NCBI GenBank assembly: GCA_028289345.1
Contig: JANQQL010000018.1
Span: forward strand, 86,030-150,029
DNA from: Planctomycetota bacterium
Lineage (GTDB): Bacteria; Planctomycetota; B15-G4; SIAN01
DNA length: 64,000 nt
Direction: 5' to 3'
Shown here: positions 48,158 through 58,555 of the stretch, piece by piece
Layout of the letters: each line of letters begins with the position of its first letter
How positions within the stretch are numbered: position 1 is the stretch's first letter
Translations under genes and position numbers: made by a program
Notes under the pieces: model-generated
The model's input: only the letters and a program-made list of their open reading frames with translations
The model's database searches: none
What the model was told of the DNA's origin: nothing

Positions 48158-48417
48158 AACCCCATCCCGGCCAACACTTCCGAGAAGCGACCGATCGCCC
48201 AGGCCACCTGAGGGTGGTCCGCCTCGAACTCTTCCGCGGCCGATCGCACTCGTTCGAGGAGCGAAGAATCCGCCGGCGAGCCCTCGGAAATCGCCAGCGA
48301 TTCGAGCTCTTGCTGAATCTCCTCGGCCCGACGGCGAGCTTCCTCGCTCATCTCCGGAAGACCTGCCAGCTCGGATCGGAGTTCCTCGAGGAGCTGACGC
48401 AAATGCTCTCGACTCAT
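48154..48417 (-). CDS. DUF4404 family protein
   Basis: MSREHLRQLLEELRSELAGL...HPQVAWAIGRFSEVLAGMGL follows the DUF4404 pattern. Start moved to the internal Met to avoid overlap with the upstream gene. Confidence 0.5.
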   Translation of the reverse strand: MSREHLRQLLEELRSELAGLPEMSEEARRRAEEIQQELESLAISEGSPADSSLLERVRSAAEEFEADHPQVAWAIGRFSEVLAGMGL

Positions 48418-48451
48418 GATTGTCGCCTCTGCAGCCCAGGGAAGTCCTCGG

Positions 48452-48853
48452 TCAACGGCCGGGTACGACTCCACGCATCGCCTGGTGACAGGCAAAGCAT
48501 TGGTTCACCAGCTCGCCATACTTCAGGGTGACTGCTTCGTAGTTTTCTTCTCTCGCCATCTCGGCCAGCTGATCCGCCACTCGCTGGAACTGCTTGGTCC
48601 GGTCCGCGTACTCCATGGTCTGGATCACCGACCAGGATTCGTCCATGCACAGCACACTGATGTCTTGGGCACTCTTGGCGACCATCGCGTAGTCCGCGAC
48701 CACGATGCCCTCGAGGGCCTCTTGAGTGCGCGTGAGCTTCTGCCGCATGAAGTACCGTCGATCCGGTTTCTGCTCGGCAAATTCTTGCCCCCCCGGCGCC
48801 GACAGCCCCAGGAGCATGATCATCCCGAACAAGATCGCGACAAGCTTTCTCAT
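48452..48853 (-). CDS. Class II cytochrome c (cytochrome c'-like four-helix bundle), secreted
   Basis: Signal peptide MRKLVAILFGMIMLLGLSAPG. C-terminal CFACH haem-binding motif (CxxCH) about 10 residues from the C-terminus. 133 aa. Confidence 0.6.
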   Translation of the reverse strand: MRKLVAILFGMIMLLGLSAPGGQEFAEQKPDRRYFMRQKLTRTQEALEGIVVADYAMVAKSAQDISVLCMDESWSVIQTMEYADRTKQFQRVADQLAEMAREENYEAVTLKYGELVNQCFACHQAMRGVVPGR

Positions 48854-49125
48854 GACGACCTCCTTTGCGGATCCGCGTCCTTCTGCGCATCGATCCGGCA
48901 GGGATGGGAGGTTGCAACCGTCGTGCCAGGGGCGCCCCTATGAGTGGGGAGCGAGGCGCAAGGGACCGCGCAAGCGCCGACCGTGGCATTCTCACCATTG
49001 ACTGGGAAGAGCTTCCCGAGCCCTTGACCAGGTTCGGGGGAACCATCGGGACAATCTTCTTTGGCACTTCTTTGGCAAAGCGATTGCGATGGACGCGTCG
49101 GGAGCCCCTGCAAGGAGCCAGTGCC

Positions 49126-50043
49126 ATGTCCCGATTCGAAACACTGTTGGTCGGGTTGAGTCACAGCGATCAGGACGATTCGACCCTTGCCTATGCGGCG
49201 ATGCTGCAGCGGCGAGATGGCTCCGGGAGCCTTCACTGCATCCACGTCATGCGGCCTTTCCATCTCCCGAAGGAACTCGAGCACATCGTTCCGGGCCCTG
49301 AAGAAACCCAGCAAGCCCTCAAACAGGTCCTCGACAAGTACTTCGAGGCTGGCCCGAGGCCCGGCGTGCAGCTGCTCGTCAAACACGGGGCACCGGCAGT
49401 CGAACTCTCTCGAGCGGCACGCGACCTCGAGGTCGATCTAGTGATCGTCGGAGCGAAGAAACATGGACGGCATGTGGCAACGAACGCGGAACAAGTCGCG
49501 CGAAACGCTCCCTGCTCCGTCCTGGTCGTTCCTGAAGGGTCGAAGCCGACAATCACCAAGATCCTGGTGCCGGTGGACTATTCGAATCACTCGGTCGATG
49601 CGTTGAACCTTGCCGTCGAGCTGTCCCGAACCCGGCAATCCAAACCGCAGATTCTGGCACTTCACGTCACCGAGGTCCCACTCGGGTACCACAAAGCGGG
49701 GAAAACCTACGAAGAGTTCGCGGACGCACTTCGCGGACATGCCCAAGCTTCCCACGAGGAGCTGTTGGCTTCGGTGAAGGCGCCACCCGACGTGCCGATT
49801 CAGCATCTGTGCGAACTCGACGACGCCCCCCATCGTGCCATCTGCCGCGTCGCGGACCGGGAAAATGCCGACTTGATGATCATTGGTTCGCGCGGTCGAA
49901 CCAATGCGGCCGCCACCATTCTCGGCAGCGTCGCCGAGCGGGTCATCTTCGAGTCCGCCACGCCGGTCATCGCGGTGAAGCAGAAAGGTGAAACCTTGAC
50001 CTTCCTGCAAGCACTACTGAGCCGAGTAGGCGCGAAGTACTAG
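49126..50043 (+). CDS. Universal stress protein, tandem UspA domains
   Basis: Two UspA-like halves (LVGLSHSDQD...LVIVGAKKHG / ILVPVDYSNHS...MIIGSRGRT). Start at MSRFETL, internal to the track ORF. Confidence 0.75.
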   Translation: MSRFETLLVGLSHSDQDDSTLAYAAMLQRRDGSGSLHCIHVMRPFHLPKELEHIVPGPEETQQALKQVLDKYFEAGPRPGVQLLVKHGAPAVELSRAARDLEVDLVIVGAKKHGRHVATNAEQVARNAPCSVLVVPEGSKPTITKILVPVDYSNHSVDALNLAVELSRTRQSKPQILALHVTEVPLGYHKAGKTYEEFADALRGHAQASHEELLASVKAPPDVPIQHLCELDDAPHRAICRVADRENADLMIIGSRGRTNAAATILGSVAERVIFESATPVIAVKQKGETLTFLQALLSRVGAKY

Positions 50044-51485
50044 AAGTTCAGGGTGACCTGGGCGTATCCGAAGGCCGCATCGTCTTGGGAGAACAGTCGG
50101 CGAAACACCGTTCCTCCCCAGAAGTGGGAGTAACCAAAGCTCACGGTGACCGAATCGATGGCCCGAATTCGAAGAAACCAGTCGATCTCTTGACCGAGTC
50201 GCCGACCACCCGGGATCGGTCGCGAGGCAAATCCCAGAGAGTCGTCGTCGAACGCACCGGCCCCGCCGAAACTCGGCGCCGAGCTAGAAGCCAGGTCGAA
50301 CAGGTGGAAGCGCAGTGACGTGTCCACCTTGGCGTGCGGTTCGAGGCGGATCTCCGCATAGGTATCCCGAAGGTTCGAAAACGAGAACAGGTCGAGCTGG
50401 CCGTGATTCGGGTGAATCGCCGGGAACCCGTTGTAGAAGTTCTGATTCTTGGAGTCCGTGGGGTCCCCATCTCCTTGGGCGCGGGCGTGGCCGATGCGAA
50501 TCCACGGCTTCCACGTGCACTCGGCGAATCGATAACCGGTTTCCAAGACCCAAGCCGCCGATCGATGGGAGGCCGAGCCAAAATCGCCGGACTGGGTCGC
50601 CCACCAGAAGTATCCGTCCCAGGTCCCCTCCCCCACTTCCACCATCGTGGCGAGTTGCAGCCCCGCGGTCACAATGTCGATTTCGTCGCCGAGGGTCGAC
50701 TCAACCAGAGTTCTGCCATCCCGGAACGACATGGCGAACGCACGCAGCTCGGTGAAAGGAATCGGCGTGCCGCGGAGGAACACGAGTTCCATCCCTGCCA
50801 CCCGGGTGTCATCGAGAGAGTTTCCGGTTTCCTCGACAGCGAAAGCATGTTTGTTCACTTCTGCGCCGTAGGCGTGAAAATGGCTGATGTCTGTCTCGTG
50901 GCGAAACGAAACTCCGTCGAGAGTCCGGCCGCCGCCAGGCCAATCGCGGATGCCGACCAAGCGGTTGTTTCCGCGATCCCGAACGAACTGAAACGCTCGA
51001 TCGCCATAAACCGGACCGGAGCCGTCGATGATGACCAGACGTCCGACTCGAAACGATGCCTCGGAGCTGAGAGAAACTTCCCCGAAGAGCTGGCGAACAT
51101 TGATGTGCTCGGGAGATCGCTCGCCGTTCGCTGCGAAGTAGGCCGCTCCGGGACCTCCGACCGCGTTGCGAGGCGCTCCGAAGACCTGCACGTGCTGGAC
51201 TTCCAGCCCCACGGCGACCTGTTCGTTTCGCCACTCCGCCCCGAGACGAGTGCGGACGTGTTGGAACCCGTACCGAGAATCGGCCGAGCTCGCACCGTGG
51301 GGCAGCGAGAAACGCTCCGCCCGGGCCCGAACCCGAGCCCAGTACCTCAGATCCCCAGGAATCTGATCTCGCCAGCTTTCGTCCTCGGGCGTCGTCTCTT
51401 CGGACGATGCGGCTTCCTGCCCATGGACAGTTCGACTTCCCACGATTGCCAACAACAGGAAGACAGCACACCCCGAAATCTTCAT
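50040..51485 (-). CDS. Alginate-export (AlgE-like) family outer-membrane beta-barrel protein
   Basis: Signal peptide MKISGCAVFLLLAIVGSRTVHG. Alternating amphipathic beta-strand pattern. C-terminal F (GYAQVTLNF) typical of OM barrels. Confidence 0.65.
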   Translation of the reverse strand: MKISGCAVFLLLAIVGSRTVHGQEAASSEETTPEDESWRDQIPGDLRYWARVRARAERFSLPHGASSADSRYGFQHVRTRLGAEWRNEQVAVGLEVQHVQVFGAPRNAVGGPGAAYFAANGERSPEHINVRQLFGEVSLSSEASFRVGRLVIIDGSGPVYGDRAFQFVRDRGNNRLVGIRDWPGGGRTLDGVSFRHETDISHFHAYGAEVNKHAFAVEETGNSLDDTRVAGMELVFLRGTPIPFTELRAFAMSFRDGRTLVESTLGDEIDIVTAGLQLATMVEVGEGTWDGYFWWATQSGDFGSASHRSAAWVLETGYRFAECTWKPWIRIGHARAQGDGDPTDSKNQNFYNGFPAIHPNHGQLDLFSFSNLRDTYAEIRLEPHAKVDTSLRFHLFDLASSSAPSFGGAGAFDDDSLGFASRPIPGGRRLGQEIDWFLRIRAIDSVTVSFGYSHFWGGTVFRRLFSQDDAAFGYAQVTLNF

Positions 51486-51811
51486 GCATTCCCCCAAGGA
51501 AGGCCTGGCACTTCCGCGAAGAGATCCCCGGAGCGCATTGTGGCGTCCGATCGAGCACTCGTCGAAGTTTCTCTTTGACGAACCTCCATGATCCTCAGAA
51601 CGACGGGAACATGGCCTGTGAGATCTCTGATCTCACGAGCGATCGGGGCTTGCAGGCCGGTGAAAAAGGCCTCGGATGGCCGATCGAGAGATTCTCGTCC
51701 CCGTCGAGGAGTCGGACCGCAGGCGAATCGTTGGATTCGTCGAGGATCTGAGGACGAAAGACGGCGGCGAAACGGTTCGGTCGGACGCCGAAAGACGACT
51801 TCACCCGCCTG

Positions 51812-54754
51812 CTAAGGAGTTCCCCCGGCTCCTCGGCCTCGTGCCTTTTCTGGGAACACCTCGCGAATGGCTTCGGCGAGGTCTCGGATGCGGAATGGTT
51901 TCTTCAGCATCCCCTCGAACCCTTGCGACCGATACTTGGCCAGAATCCCTTCGTCGGAGTAGCCGCTGGTGAGGATGGCATGAATGGACGGTTGCGCCGA
52001 TCGAAGCTGATCGAGGGCAGCCTTTCCGCCAGTGCCCCCGGGGATCGTGGCATCGATGACCGCGAGATCGAACGGACCGCGTTCTCCCCACTCTCGAATG
52101 GCCGCTTGGCCGTCGGGGACCGCGGTCACGTCATAACCAAGCTTGATGAGCATGAGGCGAAACGCCGCGCGAACCATGGGCTCATCGTCGATGACCAGAA
52201 CGTGGCCGCGTCCCTGAGGAAGGCGCTCGGGCTCCGTTGGCATCTCCCATTCCGAACCGGGATGGGCCGGGATGAAGATTTCGAACGTGGCCCCGCGCCC
52301 AGGACCCGGCTCTGAGGACAACCGAAGCACTCCTTCGTGGCGTTTCAAGACCGCATACGAAGTGGCCAGTCCCAATCCACGATTCTCGTTCTTGGTCGAA
52401 AAATACGGGGTGAAGATTTTCTTGCGCAACGCCGAAGCGACGCCAGGACCAGAGTCGTTGATGACAACGCGAACGTAATTGCCGGCCTGCAGATCGGGCC
52501 ATTCTCCTTCCTTCACCACGACGTTCTTGGCGGAAACGTGGAGGGTGCCCTGCCCCCCCATCGCTTCTTGGGCATTCAAAACCAAGTTGGAAAGGACCTG
52601 GGCGAGCTGTCCTTCGTCGTACTTCGCCGGCCACAGTTCCTTTTGCAAGTCGAAGCACACGTTCACCGCGGATCCCGATCGCGAGAATGAAACCCAACGT
52701 TCAATCTGCGAGTCCAGGCGGTGAATCTTGAGGACCGGGGTCCCTCCACGGGCGAATCCGAGCAGTTGATTGGCCAGCTGTCCCGCCCGAAGCGCCGCAT
52801 CCTCCGCCTCTTCGAGGAGCTCGTCCGTGTCCTCTTCCTTACCGATGCTTCGCGCCGCGCTCACGTGGCCCAGGATTGCGGTGAGTGCATTGTTGAAGTC
52901 ATGGGCGATCCCTGCCGCCAGCAGGCTCAACGAGTCCAGAGTTTGGGCTCGCGACTGTTCTTCCTCGAGTCGACGCTGGGTGGTGACATCGCGCAATGTG
53001 ACCAGATTCACCGGACCTCGCTCGATCACCACCTCGCTCGAGGACACCTCGATCTGCGACTCGTCCCCAAGGTCGTTCCGGGTTTGCCAAGAAGTGGAGG
53101 ACGAGTTCAGCGGCAGATCCGGAGCCAGCTCCCGTAGGTTTTTTCCTTCAAGAGCCGTGGAGCCGTCGCCGAGCCATTGGACGGCGAGACGGTTGGCCTG
53201 CAGGATGGAGCCAGTCGATGGGTCGACGAGAACGCGACCACTCGACTCGTCTTCGAACAAGCACCGGTAGAGACGTTCCGATTTCCGGGATCGCTGCAGC
53301 AATCGAGCGCGGGTTCGCGAGAACCAGACCAGACTCACGCAGAACAACGCGAGAATGGAACAGCCGGCCACCAGAACGAAGACCTTTGCGCGCTGTTCTC
53401 CCCTCTCGACAAGCTGTTGGGAACGCAGGCGGTCGAGTTCGCTCTCCTTTTCCGCAAGTTCAAACTGGCGAGTGAGTTCGTCGATGGCTTGATCGGTGCG
53501 TTCCCGCTCCTTCGCGCTCTGCGCCGCTGCGAGTTCGAAGCGGGTCGCCAACTCGGCGTTCTTGGCGGTCAGATCGGCGGAGGTGAGCTCTCTTTCCACC
53601 GCGACGAAGTGGCGGAAGGCCCGCGCTGCTTTCGCTTCCTCTCCCAACTCCAGGTAAGTTTCGACCAAGACCTGGTAGATGTCGCGCTCCAGGATTCCGC
53701 GGACTTCCCCGAGGGAATCCCGGGCTTCTTCCAGGAGCACCAGGGCTTCTTCCGGCTCCCCCCCATCGAGGAGGATCTTTCCCAAATCGAAGAGCGATCG
53801 GGAAAGAGATCCGATCAGGCCGACTTCGCGGCGCAACTCCAAGGCGAGGCGGAGTTCCTGAACCGCATCCTCATAGAGGTCCATGGCGGAAAGGGTGAGT
53901 CCCAACGCCGTGCGGTCCGAGACCTCCTCGACCCGGTTGCCTTGTTCGAGGTGATAGTCCAAAACCTGGGTGTGAAGCTCCAACGCCTCATCGAGATCGC
54001 CTTGCTCTCGCAACGCGCTCGCCAGGTGACGCAGGACCGACATGGCCGTGTCCTCGTCACCGATCTCCAGGAACAGTTCATGGGAGGCCCGATAGGCATC
54101 GCAAGCATCGCCCACACTGCCAAGGTTCTTGTAAACGATGCCCAAGTTGTTCCAGGCTCGGGCTTGGAGAGGCAAGTTGTCCGCTTCCTCTCCGAGCCGC
54201 AGAGACTCCTCATGCAGCGTCGTGGACTTGGCGTAGTCCCCTACGCGGAAGGCAATGCCCCCGCGGATCGAGATGGCGTTGGCGAGGCGAATGACGTCTT
54301 TCTGCGGGTTGTAACGGTCGACCGCGTTCTCCACCGCGCGATCCGCCAGGTCGAACTCACCGAGTTCGAAGGCAGTGAGACCTTCGGCCAGGTAGGCATC
54401 TCCCACCACGGCCTCGACGTCGGTCTGCTCCGCACACTCTCGCCACTGCCGCGCCGTGCTTCGAGCCTCGTCGAATCGGGCCAGACCTTGAAGCAATCGC
54501 CAATGCCATTCCCGAACCCCGCACTCCGAGGCCGGGTCGGGTTGAGATTGCAGTTGCCGCAACAACCCTTCGCAGACCGCAACCCGCGCTTCCAGGGAAC
54601 TCCCGGCGCTGGTCAGATGCGCTCCCAGTCGAGAGAGACGCGCTTCCGGATCGAGGGAAGACACCTCTTCGAGAATGGAGGAATTCGGGGCGGGCGCGAA
54701 CCAAGCAAGCGCCCAAACGATGACGGTGGAGCCGGCCCTGAGCATGACGGCCAT
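51812..54754 (-). CDS. Hybrid sensor histidine kinase/response regulator with N-terminal TPR sensor region
   Basis: TPR repeats, coiled coil, TM (VFVLVAGCSILALFCVSLVWF), PAS, HisKA H-box (IAHDFNN), HATPase_c (GLGLATSY) and a C-terminal receiver (VLVIDDE...D...). Confidence 0.85.
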   Translation of the reverse strand: MAVMLRAGSTVIVWALAWFAPAPNSSILEEVSSLDPEARLSRLGAHLTSAGSSLEARVAVCEGLLRQLQSQPDPASECGVREWHWRLLQGLARFDEARSTARQWRECAEQTDVEAVVGDAYLAEGLTAFELGEFDLADRAVENAVDRYNPQKDVIRLANAISIRGGIAFRVGDYAKSTTLHEESLRLGEEADNLPLQARAWNNLGIVYKNLGSVGDACDAYRASHELFLEIGDEDTAMSVLRHLASALREQGDLDEALELHTQVLDYHLEQGNRVEEVSDRTALGLTLSAMDLYEDAVQELRLALELRREVGLIGSLSRSLFDLGKILLDGGEPEEALVLLEEARDSLGEVRGILERDIYQVLVETYLELGEEAKAARAFRHFVAVERELTSADLTAKNAELATRFELAAAQSAKERERTDQAIDELTRQFELAEKESELDRLRSQQLVERGEQRAKVFVLVAGCSILALFCVSLVWFSRTRARLLQRSRKSERLYRCLFEDESSGRVLVDPSTGSILQANRLAVQWLGDGSTALEGKNLRELAPDLPLNSSSTSWQTRNDLGDESQIEVSSSEVVIERGPVNLVTLRDVTTQRRLEEEQSRAQTLDSLSLLAAGIAHDFNNALTAILGHVSAARSIGKEEDTDELLEEAEDAALRAGQLANQLLGFARGGTPVLKIHRLDSQIERWVSFSRSGSAVNVCFDLQKELWPAKYDEGQLAQVLSNLVLNAQEAMGGQGTLHVSAKNVVVKEGEWPDLQAGNYVRVVINDSGPGVASALRKKIFTPYFSTKNENRGLGLATSYAVLKRHEGVLRLSSEPGPGRGATFEIFIPAHPGSEWEMPTEPERLPQGRGHVLVIDDEPMVRAAFRLMLIKLGYDVTAVPDGQAAIREWGERGPFDLAVIDATIPGGTGGKAALDQLRSAQPSIHAILTSGYSDEGILAKYRSQGFEGMLKKPFRIRDLAEAIREVFPEKARGRGAGGTP

Positions 54755-55345
54755 GATACCGGGAGCCTCGAGGGGCTCTCGTTCAGCCCCTCCGGGATTT
54801 CCCTGCCCCCGGGAGAGCGCCATCGACTCCGCGGGGATTCCGCGTCATTCCAATCGGCGACCTCGCCAGGGTGATTGCGAGCCTCTTCCAGGCCGCCTCC
54901 ATTCGCTCGCCATTGATCACTCCATCGGCGCTTTCTCGCGCAAGCAATCCGGACTCGCGAAAGGCCGGACGGACCCGCCGTTCATATTGCTCCAGGATGG
55001 AGTTCAGCGACGCGCCCGATCGTGCTGATCCCGCCGGATCCGCCATCGCAACCGTTCAATCGTTGCCGACACAACACCAAGACTCCTTGGGTCGGTGCCC
55101 AGGCGAACAACAGGATTGGTTCAACCGACGAGACCAGGGAAACCGGGTGACAGTCCATGCGCAGGGCTCAGACCACCTGACCCAATGACGTGGCAAAAAC
55201 GAACGGAGCCGCCCCAGCCACCGGCCGTTCGGCCGATCGGATCGAGTGCTTGATTCCGGGGACGGCGCTTTCCCTTTTCTCCCACAATCTGATAGTCTTC
55301 GGTTATGAGACGCAGTCTCAATTTCATTCTAACCGAGGGGGTTCG

Positions 55346-58321
55346 ATGCCGTCTCTCCTGTCCCGTTCCTTCCTGGCGATCCCGGCGACCGCATTGCTGA
55401 TGGCATGCGGCGGAGGCGGTGGCGGCTCGTCTGAGCCGAGCGGGACGCCCGCGGAACTGCTTCGTGTGGTGTTTCCGGATCCGCAATCGGTCAACGAGGA
55501 AGCCCCGGACCACTCCCCACAAAACTGTCCGCTGAATCAAGAAGTGCGGTTCGAATTCGCCACCTCCCCTTCTCCATCGTCGATCGGTCCCGAAACCTTG
55601 CCAATCCTCGATGCCACGGGAAGACCGGTCGTCGGGACCTACCGGGTGGAACCCCGCGCGGCTGTGTTCTCCCCCCACCTGGTCGGATCCATGGAAGAGG
55701 TGGACACCTCCCCCGGCTTTCGGCCCGACATGGTTCACTCGATCCGACTCTCTTCCAACGCTGCCATTGCCGCCAAGAGTCCCGCCTTGCAATCCACGAG
55801 CGGTGCCCTGACTCTGTTCATAAGGACAACATCGGAGCCCTCTCGATTCTTCTTGGGGAGCCAGCCAAGAACTCCGCGGTTGGAGTTTTCCGATCCCTCC
55901 GACGGCGCCGTGGGGATCTCCCCCTTTCTATACACGGACCCTGACGGACACTTTCCGGGTCCGAAACCATTCCGGCTGCGCTTCGACGCCCCCCTGCATC
56001 CGGAAACATTGGACGGTTTTCAGTTGTTCGATCTGGACGATCGAACCGGAGCCGACCCCACCGGCCGACGCTTGGCGACCCTGGCACGAATCGTGGAGCA
56101 ATCCTCTGACCACTGTTTGGTCGAGGTGCGTCCCAGCGGAATCCTTCCTTTCGGCCACCTTCTCTCTCTCGAGTTTCCGCAACCGCTGCAAGGTTTGGCA
56201 CAACTCAAGACTGAAAGCGAGCGCACGCAAATCGCAGCAACGTTCACGGTGGCTTTTGCGACTTCCGAAACGATCCGTGACGAGCTGCGGGAGAACTTCC
56301 GTGGCAGCTCCGAACCCATGGAATCCGATGCCTCGGAGACCGAGTTCCGACAAGCCACATGGAACGCCCAGGAAGGTGGCGGCTTGGAGCCGACGATCTT
56401 GCTGACCGGGTCCGGCGAACTCGGCCGCTTCTCTCCCCTTCCCCCAGCCCCTCCCGAGGACCCGGACCTCCCGACCACACCTCGAGAGGTTCTCCTCGAT
56501 ACCGACTCTCAGTGGTTCCCATTGACCGACGGGTCGACGCCCGACCTGGCCGAGCGCGTCCACGTCGCGGGAGGCAAGTTCGCCTTCACGGACATCGAGA
56601 TCCCGGAAGGGGTGCGCGTACGGGCGCGCGGAACCAATCCGCTGTTTCTCACCGCCTCGGGCAGCGTGCGCATCGCCGGCGAGATTCACCTTTCGGGTGC
56701 AAACGGACGGGATGAATTCAACTTCGACTCTGCTGTCTCGTCGAACCCGGGCGGGCTGGGCGGACCGGGCGGCGGACGCGGCGGGGAAGGACAGCCTCTC
56801 CTCTACGCCCAAGGCAGCTCCGATGTTTCCGCCCTACTTTCCCCGCCCCGAGGGGGGCGCGGTTGGGGTGCCAGCAACCAATCACGAATCGGTGGACAGG
56901 GCGGACAGTCGGGAATCCTCGATCATCCGAACAGCCGCGGAAAGCTCGGCACCGATCACGAAATCAACTGTCATGAGTCCAACAGCGATCACAACAACGG
57001 TTACCGGCCCCCTGGCGGTGGCGGCGGCTCCTTCGCCGTTGCCGGAAAATCGCCTCAGAGGGATGGCATTGGCAACGTCATCACCGATGGCTTCGGCAAC
57101 TATCTCGTTCGCGAAGAAAGTGAGTTCGGCGACGAAGCCAATGTCCTGACACGAGGGCAGGGAGCTTCCCCTCTGTTCGACGACGAGGACCCGGACAACG
57201 ATTTCTTTGGAGCCCAAGGAGAGTTTCGGCAGGTCTTCGGCGGACAAGGAGGCGGGGCCGGGGGATCCGCCCTTGACGGTTACTACTGCGGACAATGGTG
57301 CAAGCTCGACTCCCTTGCACGCAACGACCGGCTGTGCGAACCAGAAGGGTTGTTCGAAAACAACCCCGACGCGGCGGATAGCTCTGTGGACGCTCGCGGC
57401 GGCGGCGGCGGTGGTGGTGGCGGAAGCCTTATCGTCGAAGCCATGGGCCCCGTTGTGTTGGAGACCACCGCGCGACTGGCAGCTCGCGGAGGAAACGGGG
57501 GAGGGGGCGAGCAACTCGGATGCAGCAACTGGGCCGGCTCCGGCGGCGGCGGTTCGGGCGGAGCCATTGTCCTGCGTTCCGCCACCTCGGTGGACGTCGA
57601 AGGGGAGGCCACGATCGATGTCAGCCGGGGAGAGGGCGCCCCTGCGGAAAAAGAAAACGACTGGGTTGGATTTCAATGTCAGCAACTCCGCGACAACGTC
57701 TCGGGAGCTGGGGGTCATGGCGGACGAGGCTTGATTCAGTTGCAAGTGCCACCCGGCAAAACGGCCCAAGTGGGAGCGTCCACCAACCTCACCAACAATG
57801 CGTGGGTCGATCCTTCCAACGAACGGAACCCGGTGGACTTTCACTCCACCAGCGGTGCAGTCTCCCATTGGTTTGATATGGGAAGAACGGTGAATCGCCC
57901 TCCTCACCAAGCAAACCCTCGGTTTCGATTTCGAGGTCTTGATCGAAACGGATTCGTTCGGACGGATGACTCCGGATTCGTTCCCAACCCAAGAGATGCC
58001 GACGCCCGTGTGAATTTCCTCGGGGTGAGAGACCCTCTCATTCCCACCCGCTTTCTCCCAGGTCTCGAACCCAAGGGAAACTTCGTGCCGCGGAACGCAT
58101 CGATTCGAATTGAGTTCCAAGGGGGCCACCCGCTTCGCGAAGGCGGCCGAGAAGTGGACCCCGAGTCAATGACGGATTGGCATGCCGACGCATCGATCGC
58201 GGACGGCCACCAATTCATTCGTTTCCGAGTGACCTTCGACGTCGGCAACTCGGACGAACCGCTCTCCCGGTTGACACCGATCCCCACGCTTCAGTGGATC
58301 AGGATCCGGACTGAGTTTTAG
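55346..58321 (+). CDS. Large lipoprotein with glycine-rich repeat blocks (hypothetical)
   Basis: Lipobox LLMACGGGGGGS. Recurrent GGxGGGG(S/A)..IVL/LIV blocks. About 990 aa and secreted. No assignable family. Confidence 0.55.
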   Translation: MPSLLSRSFLAIPATALLMACGGGGGGSSEPSGTPAELLRVVFPDPQSVNEEAPDHSPQNCPLNQEVRFEFATSPSPSSIGPETLPILDATGRPVVGTYRVEPRAAVFSPHLVGSMEEVDTSPGFRPDMVHSIRLSSNAAIAAKSPALQSTSGALTLFIRTTSEPSRFFLGSQPRTPRLEFSDPSDGAVGISPFLYTDPDGHFPGPKPFRLRFDAPLHPETLDGFQLFDLDDRTGADPTGRRLATLARIVEQSSDHCLVEVRPSGILPFGHLLSLEFPQPLQGLAQLKTESERTQIAATFTVAFATSETIRDELRENFRGSSEPMESDASETEFRQATWNAQEGGGLEPTILLTGSGELGRFSPLPPAPPEDPDLPTTPREVLLDTDSQWFPLTDGSTPDLAERVHVAGGKFAFTDIEIPEGVRVRARGTNPLFLTASGSVRIAGEIHLSGANGRDEFNFDSAVSSNPGGLGGPGGGRGGEGQPLLYAQGSSDVSALLSPPRGGRGWGASNQSRIGGQGGQSGILDHPNSRGKLGTDHEINCHESNSDHNNGYRPPGGGGGSFAVAGKSPQRDGIGNVITDGFGNYLVREESEFGDEANVLTRGQGASPLFDDEDPDNDFFGAQGEFRQVFGGQGGGAGGSALDGYYCGQWCKLDSLARNDRLCEPEGLFENNPDAADSSVDARGGGGGGGGGSLIVEAMGPVVLETTARLAARGGNGGGGEQLGCSNWAGSGGGGSGGAIVLRSATSVDVEGEATIDVSRGEGAPAEKENDWVGFQCQQLRDNVSGAGGHGGRGLIQLQVPPGKTAQVGASTNLTNNAWVDPSNERNPVDFHSTSGAVSHWFDMGRTVNRPPHQANPRFRFRGLDRNGFVRTDDSGFVPNPRDADARVNFLGVRDPLIPTRFLPGLEPKGNFVPRNASIRIEFQGGHPLREGGREVDPESMTDWHADASIADGHQFIRFRVTFDVGNSDEPLSRLTPIPTLQWIRIRTEF

Positions 58322-58555
58322 ACTGACCGGAGTACGTACCCCGACTGCGCCGCGCAGGAGATGCGTGGTTCCTTTTCCACAATCCCGCGGGCTTCTCTCG
58401 GAGACGATCCCAACCCATGGTTGCCTTGCAACGGTCCCTACTTCGCGGAGAGGATGCGACGCCACGTGATTTCTCCAACCAAGAATGGAACAAATCGAGG
58501 CAGGCGGCTTCGACAAGCCGCCCGCCCCGATCATGAGCCGACATCCAAAAGCAAG

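Noticed and set aside
53177-54874. 565-aa plus-strand ORF
   Set aside because: Antisense to the hybrid histidine kinase, whose domain order is unambiguous.
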